From a virus (lineage: Duplodnaviria; Caudoviricetes), in the IMG/VR virus record IMGVR_UViG_3300015214_000001, positions 32,001 to 96,000 of that record: a DNA stretch of 64,000 bases. The stretch is one strand, 5' to 3'. How positions within the stretch are numbered: the first letter of the stretch is position 1; every line of letters starts with the position of its first letter. Shown here piece by piece: positions 48,744 to 57,924 of the stretch. Made by a program: the position numbers and the translations under genes. The notes beneath the pieces are model-generated. The model did not search any database, had not been told where the DNA came from, and worked only from the letters and a program-made list of their open reading frames with translations.

Positions 48744-50336
48744 TTAGTTGTTGCGTCTCATCATTTGCGCCATGATGGATTTAATATCTTCTGCTTCGCT
48801 ATCCGAGATTGCTTGGATTGATTGAGCATCACTTTGTGGCAATACTTGTTTTTTCACCGTCTTTTTGAACAATGAGCTTGGGCTACCAAGATACAAAGCG
48901 AGCCATTTATTCATTGTTTCAGCTGTGCAAGTAGCATCCTGTGATAGTTTAGCGCCTTGCGGTGAAAACATCCACCCGTCACGGCGACCATTCTTCCCAA
49001 ATAAACTATCTAATAGCATTTTAGGATTTGGCTCAACAAATGGTTTTTTGCGATCATAACTAATGATTTCTCCCATATCAGGAGTGCCGATATAATTGCC
49101 ATCAGCTGATAATAAGTCATTCGTAGCAAAACTACGTGCAGTCTCACGCATTTTTGTCGCTACGCCAGATTCGCGTGCATACATCCGCAAAATTTCGTAT
49201 GAGCTTAAATGGGATAACTCTGGCTCTTTACCAGTGATTTTTTCAACAATCGTCCGAACCCATAGCTCTGTATTCTTTTCAAGCTCAGACTTATCTTTAT
49301 TGACGATAACGACCCCATCAGGTTGCGATTGGATATTTCCCTTTGTCCCTACTGATGGTCGTGGAGTGCGAACTGGTGGCTCACCTTGCTTTGTGCGGCT
49401 TGGCGTAGACGGCAAGGATGGGATACTAGATGCGCGTCTTTGTGAATTTTGTAAATTCGGCGGCGCGGAATTGGCTTCTTTTTCTTTTTGTAACAATTCA
49501 AAATCGCTACCTAACAAGTATTCCAGACTCAACTCAAATTCTTCGCCTTCGATGCCGTCAGGCAATAAAGATACTTTAGTATCTTTATCAATTAATTCTA
49601 GTTCTTTTATTCTGATTCTTTCCCCCCAAAATTCTTGGGGGGGGCCCCCCAAAGAATTTATACCCCCCTCCCCTAAAATTTTTGAGGGGGGTATTTCTGC
49701 TGTATAAGATAATTGACCTTCTTCTGAGGCAAGCCACTCTTTCATTTCTTCAAATCGAAAACGCATATACCAATTCGGTTGATATTTCATCCAGAATTGA
49801 TGCCACCACTGACATTGGTATATTAATCCAGCAAACAAATATTCATCTGTTTCTGACTTACTATAATCTCCTCTACGACAAGTCAAAGCGCCCTTTTCTA
49901 TCAATTGGTTCTTGATATTTGTAATGCTTTGCTCGTTCTTATAATTAAGCAAGTGCATTAATGTTCGAGTGCTAGGTTTTGCAGCGCCTTGAGCTGTATC
50001 AAATCTGAACATCATCACTCGCTCAATGAAAGCCATTTCGTTGATAGTTATTGGGTCTGCTTGACCGTGTTTCGGTGCAGGGAAAAATGTTACTTTATCA
50101 ATGCGTCCATTATCTCGATAATCAAGGCGATAGTCGTACTGTGAACGTTCGTAGTATTGGATATTTAGTAATACATATCCTGGCACATGCAGATAGTACC
50201 GATCTTTAAAATCTTGTTCAAAGTCCCCCCAACGCGATACAAATGGCGTGGATTGGTTCTTACTAGACATAACTTTTTGCTCCTTGTTGCAAACAATAAA
50301 AATAATACTGAAAAACAATTGTTCTGTATTTGCCAA
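48744..50336 (-). CDS. putative replication initiator (N-terminal winged helix, internal iteron-like repeats)
   Basis: KPSTRTLMHLLNY...SITNIKNQLIEKGAL resembles a Rep HTH; G/C-run inverted repeats at 49621-49695; lies upstream of radA and the primase-helicase. Confidence 0.55.
   Translation of the reverse strand: MANTEQLFFSIIFIVCNKEQKVMSSKNQSTPFVSRWGDFEQDFKDRYYLHVPGYVLLNIQYYERSQYDYRLDYRDNGRIDKVTFFPAPKHGQADPITINEMAFIERVMMFRFDTAQGAAKPSTRTLMHLLNYKNEQSITNIKNQLIEKGALTCRRGDYSKSETDEYLFAGLIYQCQWWHQFWMKYQPNWYMRFRFEEMKEWLASEEGQLSYTAEIPPSKILGEGGINSLGGPPQEFWGERIRIKELELIDKDTKVSLLPDGIEGEEFELSLEYLLGSDFELLQKEKEANSAPPNLQNSQRRASSIPSLPSTPSRTKQGEPPVRTPRPSVGTKGNIQSQPDGVVIVNKDKSELEKNTELWVRTIVEKITGKEPELSHLSSYEILRMYARESGVATKMRETARSFATNDLLSADGNYIGTPDMGEIISYDRKKPFVEPNPKMLLDSLFGKNGRRDGWMFSPQGAKLSQDATCTAETMNKWLALYLGSPSSLFKKTVKKQVLPQSDAQSIQAISDSEAEDIKSIMAQMMRRNN
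49621..49695. repeat. iteron-like C/G-run repeats inside the putative initiator gene
   Basis: CCCCCCAAAATTCTTGGGGGGGG, CCCCCCAAAGAATTT, TACCCCCCTC-CCCTAAAATTTTT-GAGGGGGGTA. Confidence 0.65.
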
Positions 50337-50390
50337 TGATATTGGGTTAATATATATCTAACGCAATGTAGAGTCAAGCTGGAAAATAGC

Positions 50391-51308
50391 TTAACGCTTT
50401 CTGGTTGGCAATATTGGCGGTGTCCTCTTTTCACGCTCTTTGCAAGGTGGCAATGGCGGTATTTTTTTATCAGTCGTTTTACTCTGTGATATTACATCAG
50501 GAACTGTAGGTATAGCGCTTTTAGTTTGACGCTTTGGCGGTGATGGTGGCTTTATGGGCGGCGCTAAAGAGCTTGGAGACTGTGCGTTTGTTTCACGCGC
50601 TTTTTCCCGAAATGATTTATGAGGCTTGTCATCACCCTTTATCGCAGTGCCGTTTAATGGGATCATGTAATCATTGCTAGAGACACGTGGAAACCATTCT
50701 GCAAGTACACCATCACCGCGTATATCATCTGATGACCCGCTATTGATGTCCTTGCGATTCGGCATCTTAAGGCTAACAGTCTTAGAAAAACTAGATGGTC
50801 TCAAAGCCATCTCTCGTTTTTCTAGTTGTTCTTTAGTGACATTAGGATCAATTCTTTCCCACACAAACCGAGCTACATCTCTGATCGCATAGAATTCTTC
50901 TTCATCGTGAATAACACTATATGATGCAGAAATTGTATCATCCATCGTCTCAGATAAAGCCCATGTTTTGATGATCTCAATAAAGCGTGGGTCATCGGGC
51001 GCAGAAACTTCAATTGCCGTGAATGCTTTAATGCGAGCAAAAAAATCACCAGCTTTAGCAACATCAATAAGGCGATCAAGCCAATCATGAGGGATAATGA
51101 TGCCGTTTTTCTTACGGTAGTTATCTGAATCAATCCCACCAGTTGCAATGAGATTTGCGACATAAGTAGATAATGGCTTGCCGTTATAATAATAACAATG
51201 GCGTTCAAGTTGTTTGTTGTCATAATAAGCTGGCCTATATGTCCAACTATGTATCCACTCAGGTATTTTCTGTTCCATATTCGCTCCTTGAAAAAGAGGA
51301 TGAAACAT
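50391..51308 (-). CDS. hypothetical protein with Pro/Lys-rich C-terminus
   Basis: about 296-305-aa ORF, aaggag RBS before MEQK. Confidence 0.7.
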   Translation of the reverse strand: MFHPLFQGANMEQKIPEWIHSWTYRPAYYDNKQLERHCYYYNGKPLSTYVANLIATGGIDSDNYRKKNGIIIPHDWLDRLIDVAKAGDFFARIKAFTAIEVSAPDDPRFIEIIKTWALSETMDDTISASYSVIHDEEEFYAIRDVARFVWERIDPNVTKEQLEKREMALRPSSFSKTVSLKMPNRKDINSGSSDDIRGDGVLAEWFPRVSSNDYMIPLNGTAIKGDDKPHKSFREKARETNAQSPSSLAPPIKPPSPPKRQTKSAIPTVPDVISQSKTTDKKIPPLPPCKEREKRTPPILPTRKR

Positions 51309-51331
51309 AGTTTTGTTTCATCCTCTTTGCT

Positions 51332-51796
51332 TTAGTCGTTATGTGTTCCAGTGCTACCAAACCCATCATTGCCGCGATCAGACGATGATAGATCAGCTTG
51401 TGATACAAAACAAATATCTGGTGTGATATATGGGATAATAACTAACTGAGCAATCTTTTGTCCAGCCTCGATGATTTGTGTTTCATTGCTAATGTTTTGA
51501 ATACACACGATGATTTCACCACGATAAGATGGGTCAATCAGCCCGCTACGTAATGCTAAACCGCCAAGTAACTTATCATTGCCAGAACTCACTGATGACT
51601 TCTCAACAAGAAATCCTGCATACCCGATTGGCAATTCAATGTGAACGCCAGTTCGTATCTTTGCCACAGGCTTTGTTGATTGTGAATAAGGTTCTAATGC
51701 AACTGTTTCAAGCGCGGTGATGTCATATCCAACATCGCCGCTTCGAGGTGCTTGTAAACCATTACGTGAAGCGGAATATACTTTGAGTTGTTTCAT
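51332..51796 (-). CDS. dut: trimeric dUTPase
   Basis: GDVGYDI, KSS, GLIDPSYRGEI, KIAQLVI, RGNDGFGSTG. Confidence 0.95.
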   Translation of the reverse strand: MKQLKVYSASRNGLQAPRSGDVGYDITALETVALEPYSQSTKPVAKIRTGVHIELPIGYAGFLVEKSSVSSGNDKLLGGLALRSGLIDPSYRGEIIVCIQNISNETQIIEAGQKIAQLVIIPYITPDICFVSQADLSSSDRGNDGFGSTGTHND

Positions 51797-52274
51797 AACA
51801 GACCTTCCATATTGAAGATTTTAACCAAATAAAATATGTTGTACCAAATCCACTTATGTTTGTTTCAAACTCACTGTAAAATAATACCGACATGACTTTG
51901 AAACAAGGTATAAAATGAAATGGAACAACGCCTTTTAAAAAATAACATTTAGTCTATTTTGTAGAAACGATAACTATGTTTCATGCTGGTATTTGACTGT
52001 TTCATGGTCGTTTTTACTGCAATCGACACTTATTTGATAATTTATGGCAACGACTTTGGAACAAATACAAACCCATTTTGAAACAGGTGTGAAGTAGAAC
52101 CCAGTGCGTTGCCGCTTACTTGATGTAGTGATGTATCTCTAAAATCAAAATCACACCATATTTTAAACATTGTGATGCTCAGTCAAAAAGCTAACGCGAA
52201 AATGATACAAATAAAAAGTGAATTTGAAACACCACAGTGATAAATGGTGTTTCAAGGTTTCAAGCATCGAAACA
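51789..52274. repeat. non-coding cluster of TGAAACA repeats (candidate origin or protein-binding array)
   Basis: exact TGAAACA/TGTTTCA at 51789, 51861, 51899, 51977, 51998, 52079, 52225, 52248 plus one-mismatch copies. Confidence 0.7.
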
Positions 52275-52276
52275 AG

Positions 52277-53392
52277 TCACGCTAAAAATGTGTATCTAAT
52301 GTCTTTCAATCCTGTTTCACGAGACAGCGCTTCATGAAATGTTGTTTCATCAATGTTGATAATTAAACATTCACCACCATTTGAAACACTCATTTGGCAC
52401 AAAAGGGGCGCAGCATCATTTAATGTTGAACCAAGCCAAGAGTTTTCAATTTTAATGCTACTTGTGTCCACATAATATCCATTTTGGTTCACCGACATAA
52501 AAAATATTTGTTGGTGATTTTGATCGCCAATGTTTGTTTGAATTGTAGATTCTCGCAACAAAAAGAACTCGGCTTGCAAATGTAGGCGAGCATAGGATTG
52601 AGCGTAAGTCATGACACGATAAGGCAAATGTATCCAGTCATTAATAGGAACAGGATGTGATCCGCCACCATCGCCATAGCCGATATTGTAATACCCATGT
52701 AGATCATTCAATGAGTGCAATTTGTCTTGAGGAACTAAATAATAGTTACCTTGTTTATTTTGCTGAGTTACTTCTTCACCTTGCATCCATCCATCAAATT
52801 GCAACTCATCTGGATTTGAACCTGACACAAGCGCGTAAATATTAGCTTGTTTTATCGTATCGCTCGGAATTGTCATCGCTTGGCCAAACCGCATATTATG
52901 AACAACGGTAAAAAAACTATCCTCAATGCCATTTTCAGATGTTATAACACGAGCTTTTATTTCAGATGGAAGCTCTAAATAGCCAAGCATATCTGCCATA
53001 AAGCGATATGCGTTTTTTTGCATAACATCTTTATCAAGTGATTTGCTATCCGATGCGCTATATGTTGATCTACGAGCATCTTCGGTGGTCAACCAAATAG
53101 AACCAGTGTCTTTCAGAATGAAGGGCAGGGTAGATAATACTTGTGCTACAGATGACACATGATTAGCTAATTGTCGTGCGGTTAATGGCGCATCAAAATC
53201 GACTTGAACTTCAAATTTCGGCACATTAAAAATAACACTGTCGAATTTTTTGCGTTGCGAACTCAAATCCAATATAGATGAGCCAATCATAGCTAATTTA
53301 TCATGTGGGTTTACATGACCCCGACTGTGATTAGTTGGGGCTTTTCCTTGTTTCGATGTCTGTTTGTTAGGTGGTAATGGCGGGCTTGCCAT
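52277..53392 (-). CDS. hypothetical protein resembling a degenerate N4/N6 DNA methyltransferase
   Basis: FDSVIFNVPKF where D.V.TSPPY is expected; ILKDTGSIWL; HQQIFFM. Confidence 0.45.
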   Translation of the reverse strand: MASPPLPPNKQTSKQGKAPTNHSRGHVNPHDKLAMIGSSILDLSSQRKKFDSVIFNVPKFEVQVDFDAPLTARQLANHVSSVAQVLSTLPFILKDTGSIWLTTEDARRSTYSASDSKSLDKDVMQKNAYRFMADMLGYLELPSEIKARVITSENGIEDSFFTVVHNMRFGQAMTIPSDTIKQANIYALVSGSNPDELQFDGWMQGEEVTQQNKQGNYYLVPQDKLHSLNDLHGYYNIGYGDGGGSHPVPINDWIHLPYRVMTYAQSYARLHLQAEFFLLRESTIQTNIGDQNHQQIFFMSVNQNGYYVDTSSIKIENSWLGSTLNDAAPLLCQMSVSNGGECLIINIDETTFHEALSRETGLKDIRYTFLA

Positions 53393-53406
53393 GTTATTCC
53401 TTTCTG

Positions 53407-53910
53407 TTAGTCTTTGGCGCGTTCGTATTTATAGACAGGATTTCCAGAACGTCCACGGATGTACGTCCAGAAATATTTACCTTTACTATCAGCATCTTTC
53501 ATGCCATTGAAAACACTCACAGGCACGTCAAAGTAGATATAAGTTACTCCACCTTTAACGAATTTTACAGTCAGGGTTTTAATCTTTGGTGAATAAGCGA
53601 CACTTTCCACCATCGAACTGTTCCTGACATCAAACGACATAACCTGTGTCTCTGATCGTTTTGGCAAACGGTTGCGGAAAAAATCTCGCAACTTGGTTAT
53701 GATTGACTCTAAACCAGGTATGCCCATACTCTTTACGCTTTTGTTTGCGCCAACAACAAGGTCATACACATCAGTAACCCTATAGTTAGCTGTTGGCTCA
53801 AAGTCATTGAACTGAGGCTCTTTTGACTTTGCCTTTAATTCTACATCTTTTTTGACATCACTCAAACTATTTACTCCTGCTAATTCTAAAGTCTTTTGTG
53901 TTAGCTTCAT
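53407..53910 (-). CDS. KTSC-domain protein
   Basis: SSMVESVAYS....LTVKF..G.TYIYFDVP.SVFNGMKDADSKGKYFWTYIR. Confidence 0.9.
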   Translation of the reverse strand: MKLTQKTLELAGVNSLSDVKKDVELKAKSKEPQFNDFEPTANYRVTDVYDLVVGANKSVKSMGIPGLESIITKLRDFFRNRLPKRSETQVMSFDVRNSSMVESVAYSPKIKTLTVKFVKGGVTYIYFDVPVSVFNGMKDADSKGKYFWTYIRGRSGNPVYKYERAKD

Positions 53911-54020
53911 TGCTTTTACCTCTATCGTAGTATCAAATAGTTAAATAGACAATGGGCAATTATAAAGAATTACCCAATTATCAACTTATTGTATCACTTC
54001 AATTGGTCTATTTTTCTCTT

Positions 54021-54044
54021 AAAAACGTGGAAGTCGTCGTTTTT
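54021..54044. repeat. dispersed palindrome, degenerate copy 5, at the divergent strand switch
   Basis: aaaaacgtggaagtcgtcgttttt. Confidence 0.6.
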
Positions 54045-54150
54045 GAGAGAGGGTAATTTATTATGTAACAATACTCGAACTTGTTTTTAATTTGTTGATG
54101 TGGCAGAATTGCTGGAAAAATAAATATCATACAGATAGGAAAGGGTAGAT

Positions 54151-55257
54151 ATGGATTTAGAAAGTTTAAAGATTTTACAAACGCTTACAGATAATGAGCG
54201 TTTAAATGCGCGTGAAGCTGCGGCTCGCGTGATTGTTCGGATGGCAGGTGAACCACCAACGCGCGACAAATTTACGAATGCTCAATCCGCGTATCCAGCG
54301 TGGTTTAGTAAGTTCGTTGTTGTGTTGATGGCGGTTGTTTTTGTTGCATCAGCGATGCCTAGTCTTTTTCGTGTCTTTACAGCAGGGCGTGACCATTTTC
54401 AAGATAGCATTACAACATATAGAATAGATGAAGCCACATTGAACCTGCTTGATGAAACGTTAATTTCACAAAGTGACCAACAACAAGCTACCCCAAGCCA
54501 TATCGCTTTGCAAGGAGCAATTGTTGGCATCAGCACATTTTTACTATCTGAGTTCTTGATTATCTTATCTGTGATCGTAGCGAATGTCTACTTCACTGGT
54601 AAGTTCAGGCTTGTGTTTATTATTCCTGTATCAATGGGTTTAGCTATCGCATATGTGGGAAACTGGACGGTAACGCGACCAAATGATTTGTTTGGTTGGC
54701 TTGAAACCATCATACCGCCGACTGCGGTATTATTCTTAGGTTTTATTGGTGAACGTCTTGTGCTTGATAGTATTCAAACTCGCCACGCCAACGAAGTTGC
54801 ATATCAGGAAGCGTATCAAGCATACCAAGCAATCGCCACAGAGCCTGAAAAATCGCCAGAGTGGTTGCCACGATATGCTAATGCTTTGAAAAATGCTCTA
54901 ATAGATGCAAATAAAAAAGGTCAGGGCGCGACAGCACGCATGAATTTGATGAATACGCTTACATCGAGAGAATGGAGCTATTTAGTTAAGAGAGAACTGG
55001 AAGAACTAAACTGGTATTCTACAATCCAAGTTGAATCTCCACCAACACAACAAGCACCAATGCCTGCTATTGAAGAAGAAAAATCATCGTCGCCCTTATT
55101 AGAAACTACACCAACGCCTATTGTTGATGTAGTTGTCGAAATGGAATCGCCGTTGCCATTTGATGCTAACGAAAAACAAGAATCTTCTAATGGTGTTTCT
55201 TTATTATCTGATGAGCAAAATATTCCCGAAGGTGATGATGCCATAAACCCTACGTAA
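54151..55257 (+). CDS. multi-TM membrane protein with acidic Pro-rich tail
   Basis: about four hydrophobic helices; ends at candidate slippery site A-AAC-CCT. Confidence 0.75.
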   Translation: MDLESLKILQTLTDNERLNAREAAARVIVRMAGEPPTRDKFTNAQSAYPAWFSKFVVVLMAVVFVASAMPSLFRVFTAGRDHFQDSITTYRIDEATLNLLDETLISQSDQQQATPSHIALQGAIVGISTFLLSEFLIILSVIVANVYFTGKFRLVFIIPVSMGLAIAYVGNWTVTRPNDLFGWLETIIPPTAVLFLGFIGERLVLDSIQTRHANEVAYQEAYQAYQAIATEPEKSPEWLPRYANALKNALIDANKKGQGATARMNLMNTLTSREWSYLVKRELEELNWYSTIQVESPPTQQAPMPAIEEEKSSSPLLETTPTPIVDVVVEMESPLPFDANEKQESSNGVSLLSDEQNIPEGDDAINPT

Positions 55258-55295
55258 GCGGCACGGGAGATCGCAACCCTGAACCCGTGTCCGCT
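55245..55295 (+). promoter_or_regulatory. candidate programmed -1 ribosomal frameshift signal
   Basis: A AAC CCT (X XXY YYZ) in frame, 5-nt spacer, 11-bp GC-rich hairpin AGCGGCACGGG/CCCGTG-T-CCGCT; the -1 frame runs into ORF 55287..55673. Confidence 0.55.
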
Positions 55296-55673
55296 AATGT
55301 AGAAGGGCTAGACTTCGTAGATGAAGAAAGGAAAAAAGAAATGAAATGGGAAAAAGTATGGAATGATGGTTTGAATCTCAGGTCACGCGAATATTTAAAT
55401 TGGCTGATGAGCGATGGCGCAAATGATGAAGCAGGAGTTCCTTATATGAAGCGCCTAACATCAGAAAAAAGTGGTCTATCAATTAGAAAATTAGTGGAGA
55501 TTATGAAAAATAATAATGTGGATGCAACCGTATCCACCGTTAATCGCTTCTTAGGAATTTTGAATACAAGGGGCTATGATAGATATATTAAAATGCGTGC
55601 TGATGAAGAAGGTCGTGATTTATCAGAGTTATTTGATAACTACAGCCAAAGAAAACTTGACAACAAATGGTAA
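55287..55673 (+). CDS. HTH-like domain, possibly the C-terminal extension of 54151..55257
   Basis: LSIRKLVEIM.......TVSTVNRFL HTH-like pattern. Confidence 0.6.
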   Translation: MSANVEGLDFVDEERKKEMKWEKVWNDGLNLRSREYLNWLMSDGANDEAGVPYMKRLTSEKSGLSIRKLVEIMKNNNVDATVSTVNRFLGILNTRGYDRYIKMRADEEGRDLSELFDNYSQRKLDNKW

Positions 55674-55724
55674 GTAACATTTGAACTACAGCGCTTGTCA
55701 TGTATAATAGTTATGACAAGCGCA

Positions 55725-55833
55725 TGATTATTGCTAGGTCATCGGTTAGATGGCAGTCCTTTTCAGGATGAGTTCCTAGCACATGGTGTCTAATGGATGC
55801 AAAAAAAAGACTGCTTATAAACAGTCTTTTTTT
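55725..55833 (+). ncRNA. candidate small structured RNA with its own promoter and terminator
   Basis: TTGAAC-16-TATAAT upstream; TGCTAGG/CCTAGCA stem, internal hairpin, possible pseudoknot; terminator 55801-55833. Confidence 0.4.
55801..55833. terminator. bidirectional terminator
   Basis: AAAAAAAAGACTG/CAGTCTTTTTTT. Confidence 0.8.
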
Positions 55834-55850
55834 GTCCTTGACGTTGGCTT

Positions 55851-56975
55851 TTATTGTCCTTCAATCCATTCCAGTCTGTCATAGTAAGGATGCCCTGAGT
55901 TTGCAATCTTCTTGATCCCCTTCAATAACATTTCTTTTGGTAAGGGTGTTTTGTATTCTGACAACTTAATGTCCATATTTGCCAGCGTATCAAGTAACTG
56001 TCTGTAACCATGTCTTGAGTCGTGGTAATACACAGTATCATGATCTTCTGTGATCTTAGTCCCATCTGGTGCTAAGGTGTATCCATATAAAGTTAGAACG
56101 GTATTGCTCAAATTCTTACGCAATGAAGCCGCATTAATCGGCATTGTAAATACCGTATTGGCGGGTAAATTACGCAAGTCTGAGAACAACTCACAATGCG
56201 TTGCTTTTGGCGTATTAGATTGCTTCACTGGTGTTTTAGGTTTTGCTGGTTTCGGCACTTCATTTGATGCAGGTGTATCGTTTTCTGTAATCTCTTTTTT
56301 AGCAGTTGTCTTTTTAGAAGCCGTCGCTTTCTTCCGCTGTGATGTGCGCTTGGCATGAGATGAAATGCCATATGTGCTTTTCCCATGTGGGTTCAAATTT
56401 ACGCCATTACTCATTGACATAGTGATATTGTCATAACAAGCAACCGCATATAATATGCGGATATATGCTTCACGCATATCAGTATAGTTTGTAACAGTCA
56501 GGCTATGGACTCTGCCTGCTTGATCGACAATATCACCGAACACAGTGACAACTGGCTCGCCTTGCTTAGATGGTAACTTCCATTCTGTTTGGCATACTGG
56601 GTCATCCTCCAACGGGATGGCAAACTCATCATCTTTAGTTTTCCAGTAATCTAAAAATAATTGCTCCCATTTCCAAATGGTCTCGTTGGCAACAGAAAAT
56701 AATAAAGCAGTATATAATTCAACTTCATTATCTTTGACTAGTGACCGTAGAACTGGGTGTGTTCTGACAATGTAAATGATATTAGTGATAACATCAAATT
56801 TATCATCACCAACTTCATGTTCACTATCATCAGCAAAAAAGCCTACATTTCTTTTTGTGGACATAATTTGCTCAGATGCCACATTAATGTTTTTTTCTTC
56901 CTCAGAGAGATTGTTATATCTCTCCCACAGTTCCTGTAAAAAATTTTTTAATTGATCTTCTGTATAACTCATCAC
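55851..56975 (-). CDS. hypothetical protein
   Basis: 374-aa ORF with Lys/Pro linker, aagga RBS. Confidence 0.7.
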   Translation of the reverse strand: MMSYTEDQLKNFLQELWERYNNLSEEEKNINVASEQIMSTKRNVGFFADDSEHEVGDDKFDVITNIIYIVRTHPVLRSLVKDNEVELYTALLFSVANETIWKWEQLFLDYWKTKDDEFAIPLEDDPVCQTEWKLPSKQGEPVVTVFGDIVDQAGRVHSLTVTNYTDMREAYIRILYAVACYDNITMSMSNGVNLNPHGKSTYGISSHAKRTSQRKKATASKKTTAKKEITENDTPASNEVPKPAKPKTPVKQSNTPKATHCELFSDLRNLPANTVFTMPINAASLRKNLSNTVLTLYGYTLAPDGTKITEDHDTVYYHDSRHGYRQLLDTLANMDIKLSEYKTPLPKEMLLKGIKKIANSGHPYYDRLEWIEGQ

Positions 56976-57158
56976 TATTTCCTTGTGCTACTATTCTTTT
57001 AATCTCATTGTACACACAGACTTTTATTTGCCAACCGTTTTTCTGTGAAATATTGACATAATTTACAAATCTTAACAAAACATTTACAAAACATACTTGC
57101 GTTTCATATTCAATTGATCTATAGTTTAAACATAAGCACACACAAGGAGATAAAACAA

Positions 57159-57818
57159 ATGAATGTCCAAATTTCCCCAGTTATCGTAATTATCATTAGC
57201 TACATCGTTAGCTATTATTTGTCTCTCGCCGTTGCAATGGCGACCAGTTTTGAGTATAAAAAAAGCAACATTCTGTTGCACCTCATCTTGTTGCCACTTA
57301 CGATGACACTTCATTTTATGGTTGAACGTAATGGTCGGCAGAATGAGTGGGAAGTTTTCTTCTTCCCACTGTGGTTTCCCATTCTTGTGCTACGGGATTT
57401 ATTGCGTTTGGGATTAGCGTCAGTGGGGTTCACCCTCATGATCGCAAGTTATATTGTTCAATGGGTAGTTGCGGTTATCCATCCGCAGAATGATATGATT
57501 TCAAGTCTATTCTGGGCGCTTCGTCGCGCCAATATGGAAGTTATTAATGCAGAGGAATTCCTCGCGTTACAAGAAAAATATAATGATCTTGCTGCTCTAA
57601 ACATTGTTATGCAACAAGACATCGACCAGCAGAAGCGCTCTAATGCGTTCATGAAAAAAGTGGTAGAGGCAGCTAGTCAACAACAAGTGCCACTTGATAG
57701 CAAAGTGTTAGCGCTAATGGATGTCAACCCACCAGTAGACACTACACCTCGAGCAGTTGTGACTGGACAATTAAATAGGCTGCCACACCCAGACAAGCGG
57801 CCTACACTTAGAGGGTAA
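57159..57818 (+). CDS. multi-TM membrane protein with coiled-coil C-terminus
   Basis: aaggag RBS before ATG 57159; hydrophobic N-half. Confidence 0.7.
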   Translation: MNVQISPVIVIIISYIVSYYLSLAVAMATSFEYKKSNILLHLILLPLTMTLHFMVERNGRQNEWEVFFFPLWFPILVLRDLLRLGLASVGFTLMIASYIVQWVVAVIHPQNDMISSLFWALRRANMEVINAEEFLALQEKYNDLAALNIVMQQDIDQQKRSNAFMKKVVEAASQQQVPLDSKVLALMDVNPPVDTTPRAVVTGQLNRLPHPDKRPTLRG

Positions 57819-57825
57819 TAATTAT

Positions 57826-57855
57826 AAAAAGAGGTGATCTTATCACCTCTTTTTT
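57826..57855 (+). terminator. rho-independent terminator
   Basis: AAAAAGAGGTGAT/ATCACCTCTTTTT. Confidence 0.8.
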
Positions 57856-57924
57856 GATTCTTGTTAAATAATCAGGTAGCGATGTATAATTGCTTTAACT
57901 TGTTAGAGTTAGGAGTGTAATAAA

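Noticed and set aside
49096-49707. 203-aa plus-strand ORF and other antisense ORFs (e.g. 3193..3663, 42442..42801)
   Set aside because: Shadow ORFs opposite well-supported genes, with no recognisable motifs.
3711-54044. CRISPR array from the repeated palindrome or the TGAAACA cluster
   Set aside because: The palindromes are kilobases apart; the TGAAACA units are 7-mers in both orientations with irregular spacing; no cas genes are seen.
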